From: an uncultured Bacteroidota bacterium
GTDB lineage: Bacteria > Bacteroidota > Bacteroidia > Chitinophagales > Chitinophagaceae
Assembly: GCA_903938445.1 (NCBI GenBank)
Contig: CAJADG010000007.1
Span: 18,405 to 82,404, forward strand
Length of the DNA: 64,000 nucleotides
Direction: 5' to 3'
How positions within the stretch are numbered: the first letter of the stretch is position 1; the number at the start of each line of letters is the position of its first letter. Of this stretch, positions 46,642 through 56,781 are shown in pieces. Under the pieces are notes generated by a model. That model was not told where the DNA came from, did not search any database, and worked only from the letters and a program-made list of their open reading frames with translations. A program made the translations under genes and the position numbers.

Positions 46642-47832
46642 ATGAAATTAAAAACAGGTATTTTATTATCAGTAATGATGTTCCTACAATACTACATTTG
46701 GGGAGCATGGTATGTTACAATGGGAACATATATGGGCGAAGTATTAAAGTCGTCTGGAGTAGATGTAGGTGCTGCATACAGTGCAGGTGCCATTGCCACT
46801 ATTATTTCTCCATTCTTTGTTGGTATGATTGCCGATAAGTTTTTTGCAGCTCAAAAAATTATGGGTGTTTTACATTTAGTGGGTGCTGCTTTATTATTCT
46901 ACGCAACTAAAGTAGACAACAGTAGCTTTTACTGGGTAATTTTAGTTTACTCTTTATTATACATGCCAACTATTGCTTTAAGTAATAGCGTTGCCTTTGC
47001 TCAAATGACTGATCCAGGAAAACAATTCCCATGGATTCGTGTATTTGGAACATTAGGTTGGATTGTGGCTGGTTTAATTATTGCAAAGTTAGGTATCGAA
47101 AAAACTGCTGGTACCTTCCATGTAGCTGCAGGTATTTCTGCAGTATTAGGTGTTATCAGTTTCATTTTACCTAACACGCCTCCAAAAGGTGCTGGTACAC
47201 AAACTTCAGCAGCAAGCATTTTAGGTAAAGACGCATTTGTATTATTAAAAGAGAAGTCTTATTTGATATTCTTTATTGCTGCCATTTTAATTTGTATTCC
47301 TCTTTCTTTCTACTACGGATTTGCTAATCCATTCTTAAATGAAGTGGGTTTAGAAAACGCAGCTGGTAAAATGACAATGGGCCAAATGTCTGAAGCATTA
47401 TTCATTTTAGCGATTCCATTTATGTTCAATAAAATTGGGGTTAAAAAAATGTTGATTTTAGGTATGAGCGCTTGGGTATTACGTTATATCTGTTTCGCAT
47501 ATGGAACAATGGATGCAAGCTGGATGTTATATGCAGGTATCATTTTACATGGTGTTTGTTATGACTTCTTCTTTGTTACAGGTTATATGTATACAGAGAA
47601 AAAAGCAGGAGAATCTATCAAGAATGCTGCTCAAGGACTATTCACATTTGCTACTTATGGAGTGGGAATGTTTATTGGAACTTGGTATAGTGGATTTGTA
47701 GTAGATCAACATAAAAACGGTACAGGCCATGCTTGGACTAATATTTGGTTAACTCCAGCAGCTATTGCCGGTGCAGTATTAATCGCTTTCATTATTGGAT
47801 TTAAGGAGAAGAAAGAGATCGCTGCAGCTTAA
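46642..47832 (+). CDS. MFS permease of the nucleoside:H+ symporter (NupG/XapB) family
   Basis: Collinear similarity to E. coli NupG recalled from memory: FLQ..WG.W, ADK, YMPT, FP.IR.FGT.G, SE.LFIL.IPF, AW.LR...FAYG, DFFF, AQG. Confidence 0.8.
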   Translation: MKLKTGILLSVMMFLQYYIWGAWYVTMGTYMGEVLKSSGVDVGAAYSAGAIATIISPFFVGMIADKFFAAQKIMGVLHLVGAALLFYATKVDNSSFYWVILVYSLLYMPTIALSNSVAFAQMTDPGKQFPWIRVFGTLGWIVAGLIIAKLGIEKTAGTFHVAAGISAVLGVISFILPNTPPKGAGTQTSAASILGKDAFVLLKEKSYLIFFIAAILICIPLSFYYGFANPFLNEVGLENAAGKMTMGQMSEALFILAIPFMFNKIGVKKMLILGMSAWVLRYICFAYGTMDASWMLYAGIILHGVCYDFFFVTGYMYTEKKAGESIKNAAQGLFTFATYGVGMFIGTWYSGFVVDQHKNGTGHAWTNIWLTPAAIAGAVLIAFIIGFKEKKEIAAA

Positions 47833-47846
47833 ATTAATTTTTAATA

Positions 47847-47876
47847 AAAGCCTATCTCATTGGGATAGGCTTTTTT
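47847..47876 (+). terminator. intrinsic terminator after the permease gene
   Basis: aaaagcctatc-tcattg-ggataggctttttt. Confidence 0.7.
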
Positions 47877-47915
47877 ATTGGATTCAATTTATTACAAAAA
47901 CTAAAAAATAATAAA

Positions 47916-49106
47916 ATGCGTATTGCAATGTTAGGAGCAGGTTTCATTGGCCGTTTTTATGCCGATGCCTTGCAAGGATACAGAAGTAAAGATAAAGTGG
48001 TAAGTATTTATGCGCGTCGTGAAGAGTCGGCTGTAAAGTTTGCAGCAGATTATAATTGTGCGCATTGGACTACGGATATGGAAGCTGCTATCGCCCACCC
48101 TGATGTGGATGTTGTTTGTATTTCATTACCAAACCATGTACACGAGGCTGCTGTTATGCTTTGTTGTAAACATAAAAAAGCGGTAATGACTACCAAGCCA
48201 TTAGGTCGCAATAGTGATGAAGCAAAAAGAATGTTGATTGCTGTAGAAGAAGCAGGAATTTTTAACGGATACTTAGAGGACTTAGTGTATACTCCTAAGT
48301 TTATTAAAGCCAATCAAAGCGTAAAAGAAGGCGCTGTAGGACGTATTTTATGGGCTAAGTCTCGTGAAACACACCCTGGCCCGCATAGTGAATGGTTTTG
48401 GGATATTGAGCAAGCTGGAGGTGGATGTATCTTGGATTTAGGATGTCACTGTGTTGAAATTTCTCGTAGCTATATTGGAAAAGATATTAAACCGGTTGAA
48501 GTAATGTGTTGGGCAGATACGCAAGTAAAACCTATTGATGCCGAAGACCATGCGATTGGTTTAGTGAAATACGAAAACGGCGCCATTGGTCAGTTTGAAG
48601 TAAGCTGGACATTTAGAGGTGGCCTAGATTTAAGAGATGAAGTAATGGGTACAGAAGGTACAATTTGGATCAATAGTTTTTTACGTACTGGTTTTGAAAT
48701 GTTCACAACCGGAAAAGGCGGTGACTATATTGCCGAAAAAGCCGAGAGTGATCGTGGATGGTTATTCCCAGTAGGTGATGAATTAAATGAACTGGGTTAC
48801 AACCATATGTTTATGGACATGTTTAATTCCATGGAAAAAGGAGTTGCTCCTAAAGAAACTTTTTATGATGGATATGTTGTAAACTGTATCTTAGATGCCG
48901 CCTATAAATCAGCAAAATCTAAATTATGGGAGCCTGTTAAATTAGATATCTGGAGAGGTCAGGAGGGATTGACTAAAGAAAGTCATTTAGTAGAATATGA
49001 TGCTGAACATTATTTAGTAAAAGAAGAAATGACGCATTATGGTGCTAAAAAACTAATCTTAAAACACAAGACCACTGGGAAGATAACGGAGCAAATTATC
49101 AATTAA
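47916..49106 (+). CDS. Gfo/Idh/MocA-family NAD(P)-dependent oxidoreductase (cytoplasmic)
   Basis: MRIAMLGAGFIGRFY Rossmann start and the EKP-like block TTKPL. No signal peptide. Confidence 0.85.
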   Translation: MRIAMLGAGFIGRFYADALQGYRSKDKVVSIYARREESAVKFAADYNCAHWTTDMEAAIAHPDVDVVCISLPNHVHEAAVMLCCKHKKAVMTTKPLGRNSDEAKRMLIAVEEAGIFNGYLEDLVYTPKFIKANQSVKEGAVGRILWAKSRETHPGPHSEWFWDIEQAGGGCILDLGCHCVEISRSYIGKDIKPVEVMCWADTQVKPIDAEDHAIGLVKYENGAIGQFEVSWTFRGGLDLRDEVMGTEGTIWINSFLRTGFEMFTTGKGGDYIAEKAESDRGWLFPVGDELNELGYNHMFMDMFNSMEKGVAPKETFYDGYVVNCILDAAYKSAKSKLWEPVKLDIWRGQEGLTKESHLVEYDAEHYLVKEEMTHYGAKKLILKHKTTGKITEQIIN

Positions 49107-49113
49107 AAATTTT

Positions 49114-49140
49114 TCAAGGCCACCTGTAAACGGTGGCCTT
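49114..49140 (+). terminator. GC-rich hairpin after the oxidoreductase gene (weak T-tract)
   Basis: caaggccacc-tgtaaac-ggtggccttg. Confidence 0.4.
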
Positions 49141-49163
49141 GATTTACTCCTTCTTAAAAAACT

Positions 49164-49949
49164 ATGGCAAAAAAGGGTCAATTACCAGCAAATTTTAAAA
49201 CAGTATTAGAAAAGGGTGATCAGATTTATCAGCCTGGCATTTCTGTGGATTGTACCATTTTTGGCTTTCATGAAAATGTATTGAAAGTACTTTTGTTAAA
49301 AGTAAATCATTCCAATAAATGGGCATTGCCTGGAGGATTTATTTATAAAGACGAAACCATTGAACAAGCTGCTTACCGTGTATTAAATGAACGAACTGGT
49401 GTTGACAATATTTTTTTACAACAGTTTAATGCATTTGGTGACCCTCATCGCTCCGATCCTACTATTCACCAAAATAGATATTTGGAATATGGTATAAAAA
49501 TTCCAAAAGGCAACTGGCTTTTACAAAGATTTATCACGATTGGTTTTTATGCATTAATAGATTTTACAGAGGTAGATTTAGAAGATGCAAAACGAACCGA
49601 AGGTGCTGAATGGATTGACATTAATAAGTTAAGCGACTTAATGATGGACCATGAAGCAATTGTATTAAAAGCTTTAGAGGCACTAAGAACACAACTTGCT
49701 TACCTACCTATTGGAAGAAACTTATTGCCAAAGAAATTTACCATGCCTGAGTTGCAGAAACTTTATGAAACCATACTTGATCAAAAATTAGATCGCCGCA
49801 ATTTTCAACGCAAAATGATTGGATTCGGCATTTTAAATAAATTGAGTGAAACCAGAAAAGGCGGTGCACACAAAGCCCCCTTCCTGTACACTTTTAATGA
49901 TAAGAAATATCAAAAGGCACTGAAAGAGGGCTTATACGGTTCCTGGTAA
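49164..49949 (+). CDS. NrtR-like regulator: degenerate Nudix domain plus C-terminal winged helix
   Basis: The Nudix box GFIYKDETIEQAAYRVLNERTGV lacks two of the three REUxEE glutamates. The C-terminus FTMPELQKLYETILDQKLDRRNFQRKM...APFLYTF matches the NrtR wHTH pattern. Confidence 0.75.
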   Translation: MAKKGQLPANFKTVLEKGDQIYQPGISVDCTIFGFHENVLKVLLLKVNHSNKWALPGGFIYKDETIEQAAYRVLNERTGVDNIFLQQFNAFGDPHRSDPTIHQNRYLEYGIKIPKGNWLLQRFITIGFYALIDFTEVDLEDAKRTEGAEWIDINKLSDLMMDHEAIVLKALEALRTQLAYLPIGRNLLPKKFTMPELQKLYETILDQKLDRRNFQRKMIGFGILNKLSETRKGGAHKAPFLYTFNDKKYQKALKEGLYGSW

Positions 49950-49952
49950 ATA

Positions 49953-52229
49953 CTACTTCGTCCAGTTTATTTTTACTTTCTTCACCTCTTTTGAATTAGG
50001 GCCTACCATAATTTCAAAATCACCTGCTTCCCAATCGTATTTTAAATCGCCATTATAGAATTTCAATAACTCAGGGGTAACCTCAAAACTTACATTTTTA
50101 CTTTCACCCGCAGCTAATTCAATTTTATTAAAGCCTTTTAATTCTTGTACTGGTCTTGTAATACTTCCTACTACATCACGAATATATAATTGCACTACTT
50201 CTTTACCAGTAACTGATCCTGTATTTTTCACATTTACAGATACCGTTAACTTTTGATTTCCTTTTAATTGCTTTGATGATAATTGAATATCTCCATATTC
50301 AAATTGAGTATAACTTAATCCGTATCCAAAAGGATATAATGGCTCATTGCTTACATCGATATAATTTGATTGGAATTTAGAGAACCATTTTCCTGTTAAA
50401 GGACGGCCTGTATTTTTGTGATTATAATACAATGGAATTTGCCCAACACTTTGAGGGAAGCTCATACTTAGTTTACCTGATGGATTCACTTTTCCTAATA
50501 AAGCATCCGCAATGGCATCACCCGCTTCAGAACCTGCAAACCATACATCTAATATTGCAGGTACATTTTCCTTTTCCCAATTTAAAGTAAGTGGACGGCC
50601 ATTAAATAATACTAAAGCAACTGGCTTACCTGTTGCAACCAATGCTTTTAACAAACGCTTTTGTGCTTCTGGAATATCAATCAATGATTTTGATGCACTC
50701 TCTCCACTACTTTCAGCACCTTCTCCAATAGCAGCAACAATTACATCCGCATTTGCACTCACAGCCAATGCTTCTTTAATTAATTCCTCTGCACTTCGAT
50801 TGTCTCTAGGAATATCTTTACCAAACATGGTTTGACGATTTTGCATTTCAGCATCATCTTCTAAATTAGATCCTTTTGCATATAATACTTTACCATTGGT
50901 TCCTACAGCATCTGTTAATCCTTTTAATAATGTAATTGACTTTGTATTATCAGCACCCACACTCCAAGTACCTGTCATATTTTCTTTAGCATTTGCCAAT
51001 GGCCCTACTAAAGCAATTGTTTTTCCTGCTGCAATTGGTAAAACATTATTGTTCTTTAATAAAACAAAACTTTGAGCCGCAATTTTTCTTGCTTCTGCAC
51101 GATTAGCACTTGTAAATACTTCAGTAGCGGATCTTTGCTCATTACAATATCTGTATGGATCATCAAATAAACCTAAATCGTATTTAGCCACTAAAATTCT
51201 TTCACAAGCTTTATTAATTTGAGCAAGTGTTACTTTGCCCTCTGTCATTGACTTTTTCAAAGTGGTTAAAAATCCTTCACCCACCATATCCATATCTACA
51301 CCAGCATTTAATGAAAGTGCATTCACCGTTTGATAATCTCCAACTCCATGATTGGTCATTTCAGGAATGCCTGTGTAATCAGACACTACAAAACCACCAA
51401 ATTTCCATTGCTTTCTTAATACATCATCTACTAGCCATTTATTTCCTGATGCAGGCACCCCATCAATTTCATTAAATGAAACCATCACCGAAGCCACACC
51501 AGCATCCACGGCTGCTTTATACGGCGGGAAGTATTCATTATACATTCTTACTCTACTCATATCTGTAGTGTTATAATCTCTTCCACCTTCCGCCGCACCA
51601 TACAATGCATAGTGCTTAACACAAGATAAAATAGTATTGGGTGCAGACAAATCATCACCCTGATATCCATGCACCATTGCTTTCGCAATTGCTGAACTTA
51701 AAAATGCATCTTCACCGTTTCCTTCTGAAACTCTTCCCCATCTTGGATCTCTTGTTAAATCCACCATTGGAGAAAAGGTCCACTGAATACCATCAGCACT
51801 CGCTTCGCTCGCTGCAATTCTTGCAGATTTTTCAATTAATGACATGTCCCATGTTGCTGACATGCCTAATGGAATCGGGAAAATAGTTCTATAGCCATGA
51901 ATTACATCCATACCAAAAAGCAATGGAATATGTAGTCTTGTATTTTTTACAGCGAACTCTTGTAACTCTTTAATTTTAGTAACAGAACGAATATTAAATA
52001 CGCCACCCACTTTACCTGCTTTCACTTTTTCAGCAATATCCGAACTACTTACTGCACCTGTTACAAAATCACTTGATGCTGGTAAATTAAGTTGACCTAA
52101 TTTTTCTTCCAAAGTCAATTTAGCCATCAAACCAGAAACAAATTGATGCTTTTTTAGCTCCTTACTTGTTTGCGCAAATGCAACTGCACTCAAACTAACT
52201 GTAAGGATTAACAATAACTGTTTTTTCAT
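49953..52229 (-). CDS. GH3 beta-glucosidase (BglX-type), SPI signal peptide
   Basis: Start MKKQLLLILTVSLSAVAFAQ (M11 of the ORF). GH3 blocks are present, including the nucleophile context GFVVSDY. Confidence 0.9.
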   Translation of the reverse strand: MKKQLLLILTVSLSAVAFAQTSKELKKHQFVSGLMAKLTLEEKLGQLNLPASSDFVTGAVSSSDIAEKVKAGKVGGVFNIRSVTKIKELQEFAVKNTRLHIPLLFGMDVIHGYRTIFPIPLGMSATWDMSLIEKSARIAASEASADGIQWTFSPMVDLTRDPRWGRVSEGNGEDAFLSSAIAKAMVHGYQGDDLSAPNTILSCVKHYALYGAAEGGRDYNTTDMSRVRMYNEYFPPYKAAVDAGVASVMVSFNEIDGVPASGNKWLVDDVLRKQWKFGGFVVSDYTGIPEMTNHGVGDYQTVNALSLNAGVDMDMVGEGFLTTLKKSMTEGKVTLAQINKACERILVAKYDLGLFDDPYRYCNEQRSATEVFTSANRAEARKIAAQSFVLLKNNNVLPIAAGKTIALVGPLANAKENMTGTWSVGADNTKSITLLKGLTDAVGTNGKVLYAKGSNLEDDAEMQNRQTMFGKDIPRDNRSAEELIKEALAVSANADVIVAAIGEGAESSGESASKSLIDIPEAQKRLLKALVATGKPVALVLFNGRPLTLNWEKENVPAILDVWFAGSEAGDAIADALLGKVNPSGKLSMSFPQSVGQIPLYYNHKNTGRPLTGKWFSKFQSNYIDVSNEPLYPFGYGLSYTQFEYGDIQLSSKQLKGNQKLTVSVNVKNTGSVTGKEVVQLYIRDVVGSITRPVQELKGFNKIELAAGESKNVSFEVTPELLKFYNGDLKYDWEAGDFEIMVGPNSKEVKKVKINWTK

Positions 52230-52252
52230 ATGTACATTTTTATATTTAATGA

Positions 52253-53650
52253 TTACCACACAATAGTTGATACAGATTGTGCAGGCATGTCGAAATTAAT
52301 TTGTTTTTTACCATCCGTCAATTTTAGTTTTGTATCCCCTCCTGTGTTGACAAATATCCCAGCTTTTTTACCATTGGGTAAAACAAAACCTGTTGATTTA
52401 ACCTCATTATTATTGGATTGAACAGCTGCACGAATAGCCCCAACTGGAATATACTTACTTGCTTGTCCAATGATATAATAACTCACATTTCTTGAAATAG
52501 TATCCCCTTGAATAGTGAAGGCACCTTTGCATTCCGTGCAACCTCCTGGAGTATGTGGATTAAACTTCGCATCTGCTGCTAAATTCCATTCAATGACTGC
52601 AGTGGACCAGTTGTTGATAGTCCCCACCACAATGTGTTCTAAATGCCACATTAAATCACCACCAAATTCCCCTTTTGCACCCGTCCATTGTTCTGTAAAC
52701 ATTAATTTTTTATCGGGATGTGCATTATGTACCTGCGACAATGCAGCTTCATTTCCTAAATAAAGATGAAAGGCAGATCCCGCAGCATATTGCTTTGCTG
52801 TTGCATTATTCAAAACAGCAATAGGATAATTTGGGTGATCCGCATTGTGATCAAATAAAATAACTTCTGGTTTTAAATGAGCTGCTTTCAATTGAGGTCC
52901 TACATATTTTGCTAAGAAATTTGCTTGCTCAGTTGCGTCCATTAATAAGCTTGGGTTGTTCCCTCCATGCTCTGGCTCGTTTTGCAAGGTAATCGCAGTA
53001 ATAGGAATCCCCTTTTGCTTCATTGCTTGAATATACTTTACAAAGTAATTAGCATAGCTAGCATAATACTTTTCAAGTAAGTGCCCGCCCATGCTTGCCC
53101 CATTTGTTTTCATCCAGATGGGCGGAGACCATGGTGAAGCAATTATTTTTAATCTTGGATTGATGGCGATTGCCTTTTTCAAAATGGGGATTAAATGCAA
53201 ACTGTCTTCTGATAAATTGAAATGTTTTAATAAAGAATCTGTTTGACCATGAGGTAAATCATCATAACTAAAAACATGGGCATCCAAATCCGAAGCGCCA
53301 ATACTCAATCTAATATAACTTACTCCTAAATTATTTTTTCCGCTCCCAAATATTTCATTTAATAATTGATTCTTTTTAGCTACCGGAAGCTGATCAATTA
53401 AATTTGCTGAGCCTCCCGTTAACGCAAATCCAAAACCTTCCATTGTTTGATACTTTTTATTTGCATTAAAAAGAATTGTATTATAAGTATTTGAAGTATC
53501 AGTTGTATTCAATGGTAGCACTACTGTTTTTAAACCAGTCTCTTTAAATTTTAATTTTCCATCCGCCGTGGTAGTATACTGCACAGCTTGCGCATTAGCC
53601 ATGGTTATGTTTATAATCAAAAGAGCAGTTTGGATAAGTTTTATGTTCAT
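52253..53650 (-). CDS. GH30-family glycoside hydrolase (glucosylceramidase/beta-1,6-glucanase type), SPI signal peptide
   Basis: ASPWSPPIWMK, LQNEPEH (acid/base Glu) and MFTEQW (nucleophile Glu). Confidence 0.85.
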   Translation of the reverse strand: MNIKLIQTALLIINITMANAQAVQYTTTADGKLKFKETGLKTVVLPLNTTDTSNTYNTILFNANKKYQTMEGFGFALTGGSANLIDQLPVAKKNQLLNEIFGSGKNNLGVSYIRLSIGASDLDAHVFSYDDLPHGQTDSLLKHFNLSEDSLHLIPILKKAIAINPRLKIIASPWSPPIWMKTNGASMGGHLLEKYYASYANYFVKYIQAMKQKGIPITAITLQNEPEHGGNNPSLLMDATEQANFLAKYVGPQLKAAHLKPEVILFDHNADHPNYPIAVLNNATAKQYAAGSAFHLYLGNEAALSQVHNAHPDKKLMFTEQWTGAKGEFGGDLMWHLEHIVVGTINNWSTAVIEWNLAADAKFNPHTPGGCTECKGAFTIQGDTISRNVSYYIIGQASKYIPVGAIRAAVQSNNNEVKSTGFVLPNGKKAGIFVNTGGDTKLKLTDGKKQINFDMPAQSVSTIVW

Positions 53651-53690
53651 TAAAATTATGTTGTAGTTTATTATAATAGATTAAATGAAA

Positions 53691-55418
53691 TTACATGAGG
53701 CTATTACTTTGATGCAGTTGTTTTACTGCATAGTCCACTGCCCTTGCTGTTAAAGCCATATATAAAATAGAAGGGCTTTGATTTCCAGTACTCGTCATAC
53801 AAGCACCATCTGTTACAAAAACATTTTTACATAAATGCATTTGATTATATTCATTCAAAATGGAGTCTTTTGGATCCTTACCCATTCTACATCCACCCAT
53901 TTCATGAATATCTAATCCTGGCGCTTGATGATTGTCTACAAAACCCATTTCATAAACACCTGCAGCTTCAAACATTTTTTTTGTCTCTGTTAAAAAATCT
54001 GCAGTTAATTTATCATCATTGTCATCATACCCCACCGAAGTAATTAATAAGGGCAAACCATAGGGATCTTTTTGATCCTTACTTAACCTTACATGATTCT
54101 CTTTTTTAGGAATGGTCTCCCCTTGCATATACGCATATACATGCCATTTTCCAGGAATTTCCATTGCATCTTTAAAATCTGCTCCAATAGTTTCTTTAGT
54201 TGTGGTTTCATCTAATCTTTGACGATATGCCCCCATAAAAGTTGTGTACCCACCTTTAAAATCGGTTTCTTGCTTTCCGAGGTTTCGATAGTTGGCAATG
54301 ATAGAATCCGTTGGATTGCGACCATATACATAACTATCCTCAAACCCATCCACCACACCCCATACACTTGCTCTATAATTATGATGACAAATATATTTTC
54401 CTAAGACACCTGAATCATTTCCTAGTCCATTGGGAAATCTTTTAGAAGTAGAGTTGAGTAAAATTAAATTGGTATTTAATGCAGAGGCATTCATGAAAAT
54501 AATATCTGCATAATACTCATAGGTAACTTTAGAATGTGCATCAATTACTTTTACCCCTATTGCTTTTTGTTTAGATTCATCATAGATTACGGAATGCACC
54601 ACTGCATCCGTTAAAATTGATAAATTTCCAGTATTTCCAGCCCATGGTAGCGTTGATGAAAGCGAACTAAAATAGCCTCCAAAAGGACAACCACGCATAC
54701 ATAAATTTCTTGCCTGACATTGTCCACGACCTTGTTGTAAATGAATGGGCTGGGGCTCTGTAATATGCGCCCACCTAGCATGTACTAAATTTCTATTAAA
54801 CTGTTTTGCAATTACTTCTTTAATGTGCTCCTCAACAATCGTTAAATCAAATGGCTTCATAAAATGACCATCGGGCATTGCTTCTATTCCATCTGCATTT
54901 CCACATACGCCAATAAATTTTTCTACATGCGTATACCATGCTTCTACATCTTTATATCGAATGGGCCAATCTAATCCATAATTAAATTTTGCAGGCGCCG
55001 AAAATTCATGATCACTCCAACGCTGACAGGCTCGTCCCCAAATAATGGACTTACCGCCCACTTGATAACCTCTAATCCAATCAAAAGGTTTTTCTTGAAT
55101 ATAAGGTTGTACTGCATCTTCAATAAAAAAATGCGCATTGTCTTCGCCAAAACCTGCTGACTTGGTGATTAAAGGATTTTCTTTTTTAAATTTGGTAGTA
55201 ATAGGACCACGATGTTTTAATTCCCATGGTGCTAATTGTGCTGTTGGATAATCCTTATTATGTTCAACTTTTCTGCCTCGCTCAATTACCAATGTTTTAA
55301 TGCCTTTCTCACATAATTCTTTGGCTGCCCATCCGCCACTTATACCCGATCCCACTACAATGGCTTGATAGCTTTTTATTTTAATGGTCTCATTGGTATA
55401 GTAGTAATTAGTTGACAT
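53691..55418 (-). CDS. GMC-family FAD oxidoreductase
   Basis: VVGSGISGGWAAKEL FAD motif. The C-terminal HEMGGCRMG and F.TDG..M.S blocks are present. No signal peptide seen. Confidence 0.85.
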   Translation of the reverse strand: MSTNYYYTNETIKIKSYQAIVVGSGISGGWAAKELCEKGIKTLVIERGRKVEHNKDYPTAQLAPWELKHRGPITTKFKKENPLITKSAGFGEDNAHFFIEDAVQPYIQEKPFDWIRGYQVGGKSIIWGRACQRWSDHEFSAPAKFNYGLDWPIRYKDVEAWYTHVEKFIGVCGNADGIEAMPDGHFMKPFDLTIVEEHIKEVIAKQFNRNLVHARWAHITEPQPIHLQQGRGQCQARNLCMRGCPFGGYFSSLSSTLPWAGNTGNLSILTDAVVHSVIYDESKQKAIGVKVIDAHSKVTYEYYADIIFMNASALNTNLILLNSTSKRFPNGLGNDSGVLGKYICHHNYRASVWGVVDGFEDSYVYGRNPTDSIIANYRNLGKQETDFKGGYTTFMGAYRQRLDETTTKETIGADFKDAMEIPGKWHVYAYMQGETIPKKENHVRLSKDQKDPYGLPLLITSVGYDDNDDKLTADFLTETKKMFEAAGVYEMGFVDNHQAPGLDIHEMGGCRMGKDPKDSILNEYNQMHLCKNVFVTDGACMTSTGNQSPSILYMALTARAVDYAVKQLHQSNSLM

Positions 55419-55432
55419 AATTTATTGGGGAG

Positions 55433-56773
55433 TTATTTGCTAGTACTGTCTAATAACTTCTTTGTCACCAACCCTCCTACTTGCTTACCCATTTGAGCAC
55501 CCGTATTTACACTTATCATATAATGTATACCACCATATACTCTACTCACTGAACATTCTTCCGCAGCAGCACTTAATGAATTGAATTTACGTTTTAATCC
55601 AATGTATTTATAATCACTAGAATCTTCAAATGCCAAATTATCTCGGTACAATTTGGTTAGTACGGTTGCTGCAGCAGCAGTGATTGTACTATGGCCGCTT
55701 GTATATTCAGGGAATGGAGGTGTTTGCAATAATGGCATCCAATCTTTATCCATTATTTCTTTAATTACGGTTACAGGTCGTACATATGAACTACGATATT
55801 TTTCATCCCAACAAGCAATAAATCCGTCGTATAAAGCAATTGAAGTTAAAGCAAAGGTTTGAGCTGCTTTTACAGGATCTGCTTTTTCTTGTTGTATAAT
55901 TTGAGATGCAATACCCATCCAATGTCCGCCTGGTGTAATTTTTTTATTACCAAAAGTCATATGCCCTGAATGTTCAATTACAAAAGGATTGTCATCCCAA
56001 TATTTAGCAATTAGTTTTTGTTCAGGTGTTAAATTTTTATTGATATCATATACTTCCTTCACTAAATTGTAAAATGGTGTTCCTGGTTTGGTATCATATT
56101 TTGGAGGTCTTGCTGGTGCAAACTGTGCAGCAGAATCCAATACCATTGGCTTCATAGTATTCCAACACCATTCTACACCATCTAAATAATCAGGAGGGGT
56201 TGGTCTCCATTTTCCGGGTTCATTGCTTCCTAAATATTTTGCCTTACCTCTTGAAATAAAATAACCATCTGTTTTTGCTCTTTTTAACACTACCGCAGCA
56301 ATGGTATCCCCAAAAGCCACTGAAGCTGTATAAGTAGCCTCATCCAAATTTGCCTTATAATTATCATGAACTGATTTTTCATAAGCGTTTAATGAGTCTA
56401 CGCTAAACACTTTTACATTTCTTGCTACTTTAAAAAAAGCTTCTGTAGCTGCTAAATTAAAATCATACTTTTTGCTTTTGTCTGGCAAAGGCATTTTATC
56501 AAACCCATTTAATTTTTCTGCTATTGAAGCTGCGTTATTGCTATGTCTGATGGCTTCATATGCAGCAATGGATGAATACACATATATTCTACTCGCCACT
56601 GGTGGCGTAAACACATCGTAAATTATAATTTGCGTTAGTTGATCTTCATTGTTAATCAATAAATTAACAGGATCTAATCTTTCTTGCTTAGCTTTTGAGG
56701 AACAGGATACAATAAGGCTGCCTAACACAACAATAGCCAATAAATAACTTGTAAATTTTTTCATAAAAAACAT
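55433..56773 (-). CDS. PAP2-superfamily lipoprotein (acid phosphatase / vanadium-dependent haloperoxidase-like)
   Basis: Lipobox LIVSC. The tripartite PAP2 motif is K...RP (KYRSSYVRP), SGH (YTSGHST) and SR....H (SRVYGGIHY). Confidence 0.75.
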   Translation of the reverse strand: MFFMKKFTSYLLAIVVLGSLIVSCSSKAKQERLDPVNLLINNEDQLTQIIIYDVFTPPVASRIYVYSSIAAYEAIRHSNNAASIAEKLNGFDKMPLPDKSKKYDFNLAATEAFFKVARNVKVFSVDSLNAYEKSVHDNYKANLDEATYTASVAFGDTIAAVVLKRAKTDGYFISRGKAKYLGSNEPGKWRPTPPDYLDGVEWCWNTMKPMVLDSAAQFAPARPPKYDTKPGTPFYNLVKEVYDINKNLTPEQKLIAKYWDDNPFVIEHSGHMTFGNKKITPGGHWMGIASQIIQQEKADPVKAAQTFALTSIALYDGFIACWDEKYRSSYVRPVTVIKEIMDKDWMPLLQTPPFPEYTSGHSTITAAAATVLTKLYRDNLAFEDSSDYKYIGLKRKFNSLSAAAEECSVSRVYGGIHYMISVNTGAQMGKQVGGLVTKKLLDSTSK

Positions 56774-56781
56774 TTTAAACT

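Noticed and set aside
46565-47915. Shared operator between the permease and oxidoreductase upstream regions (tattgaattc vs tattggattcaat, and aaaactaa in both)
   Set aside because: The similarity is short and AT-rich, which is expected by chance in this composition. Only the 11-bp direct repeat at 46573/46622 was kept as a weak candidate.
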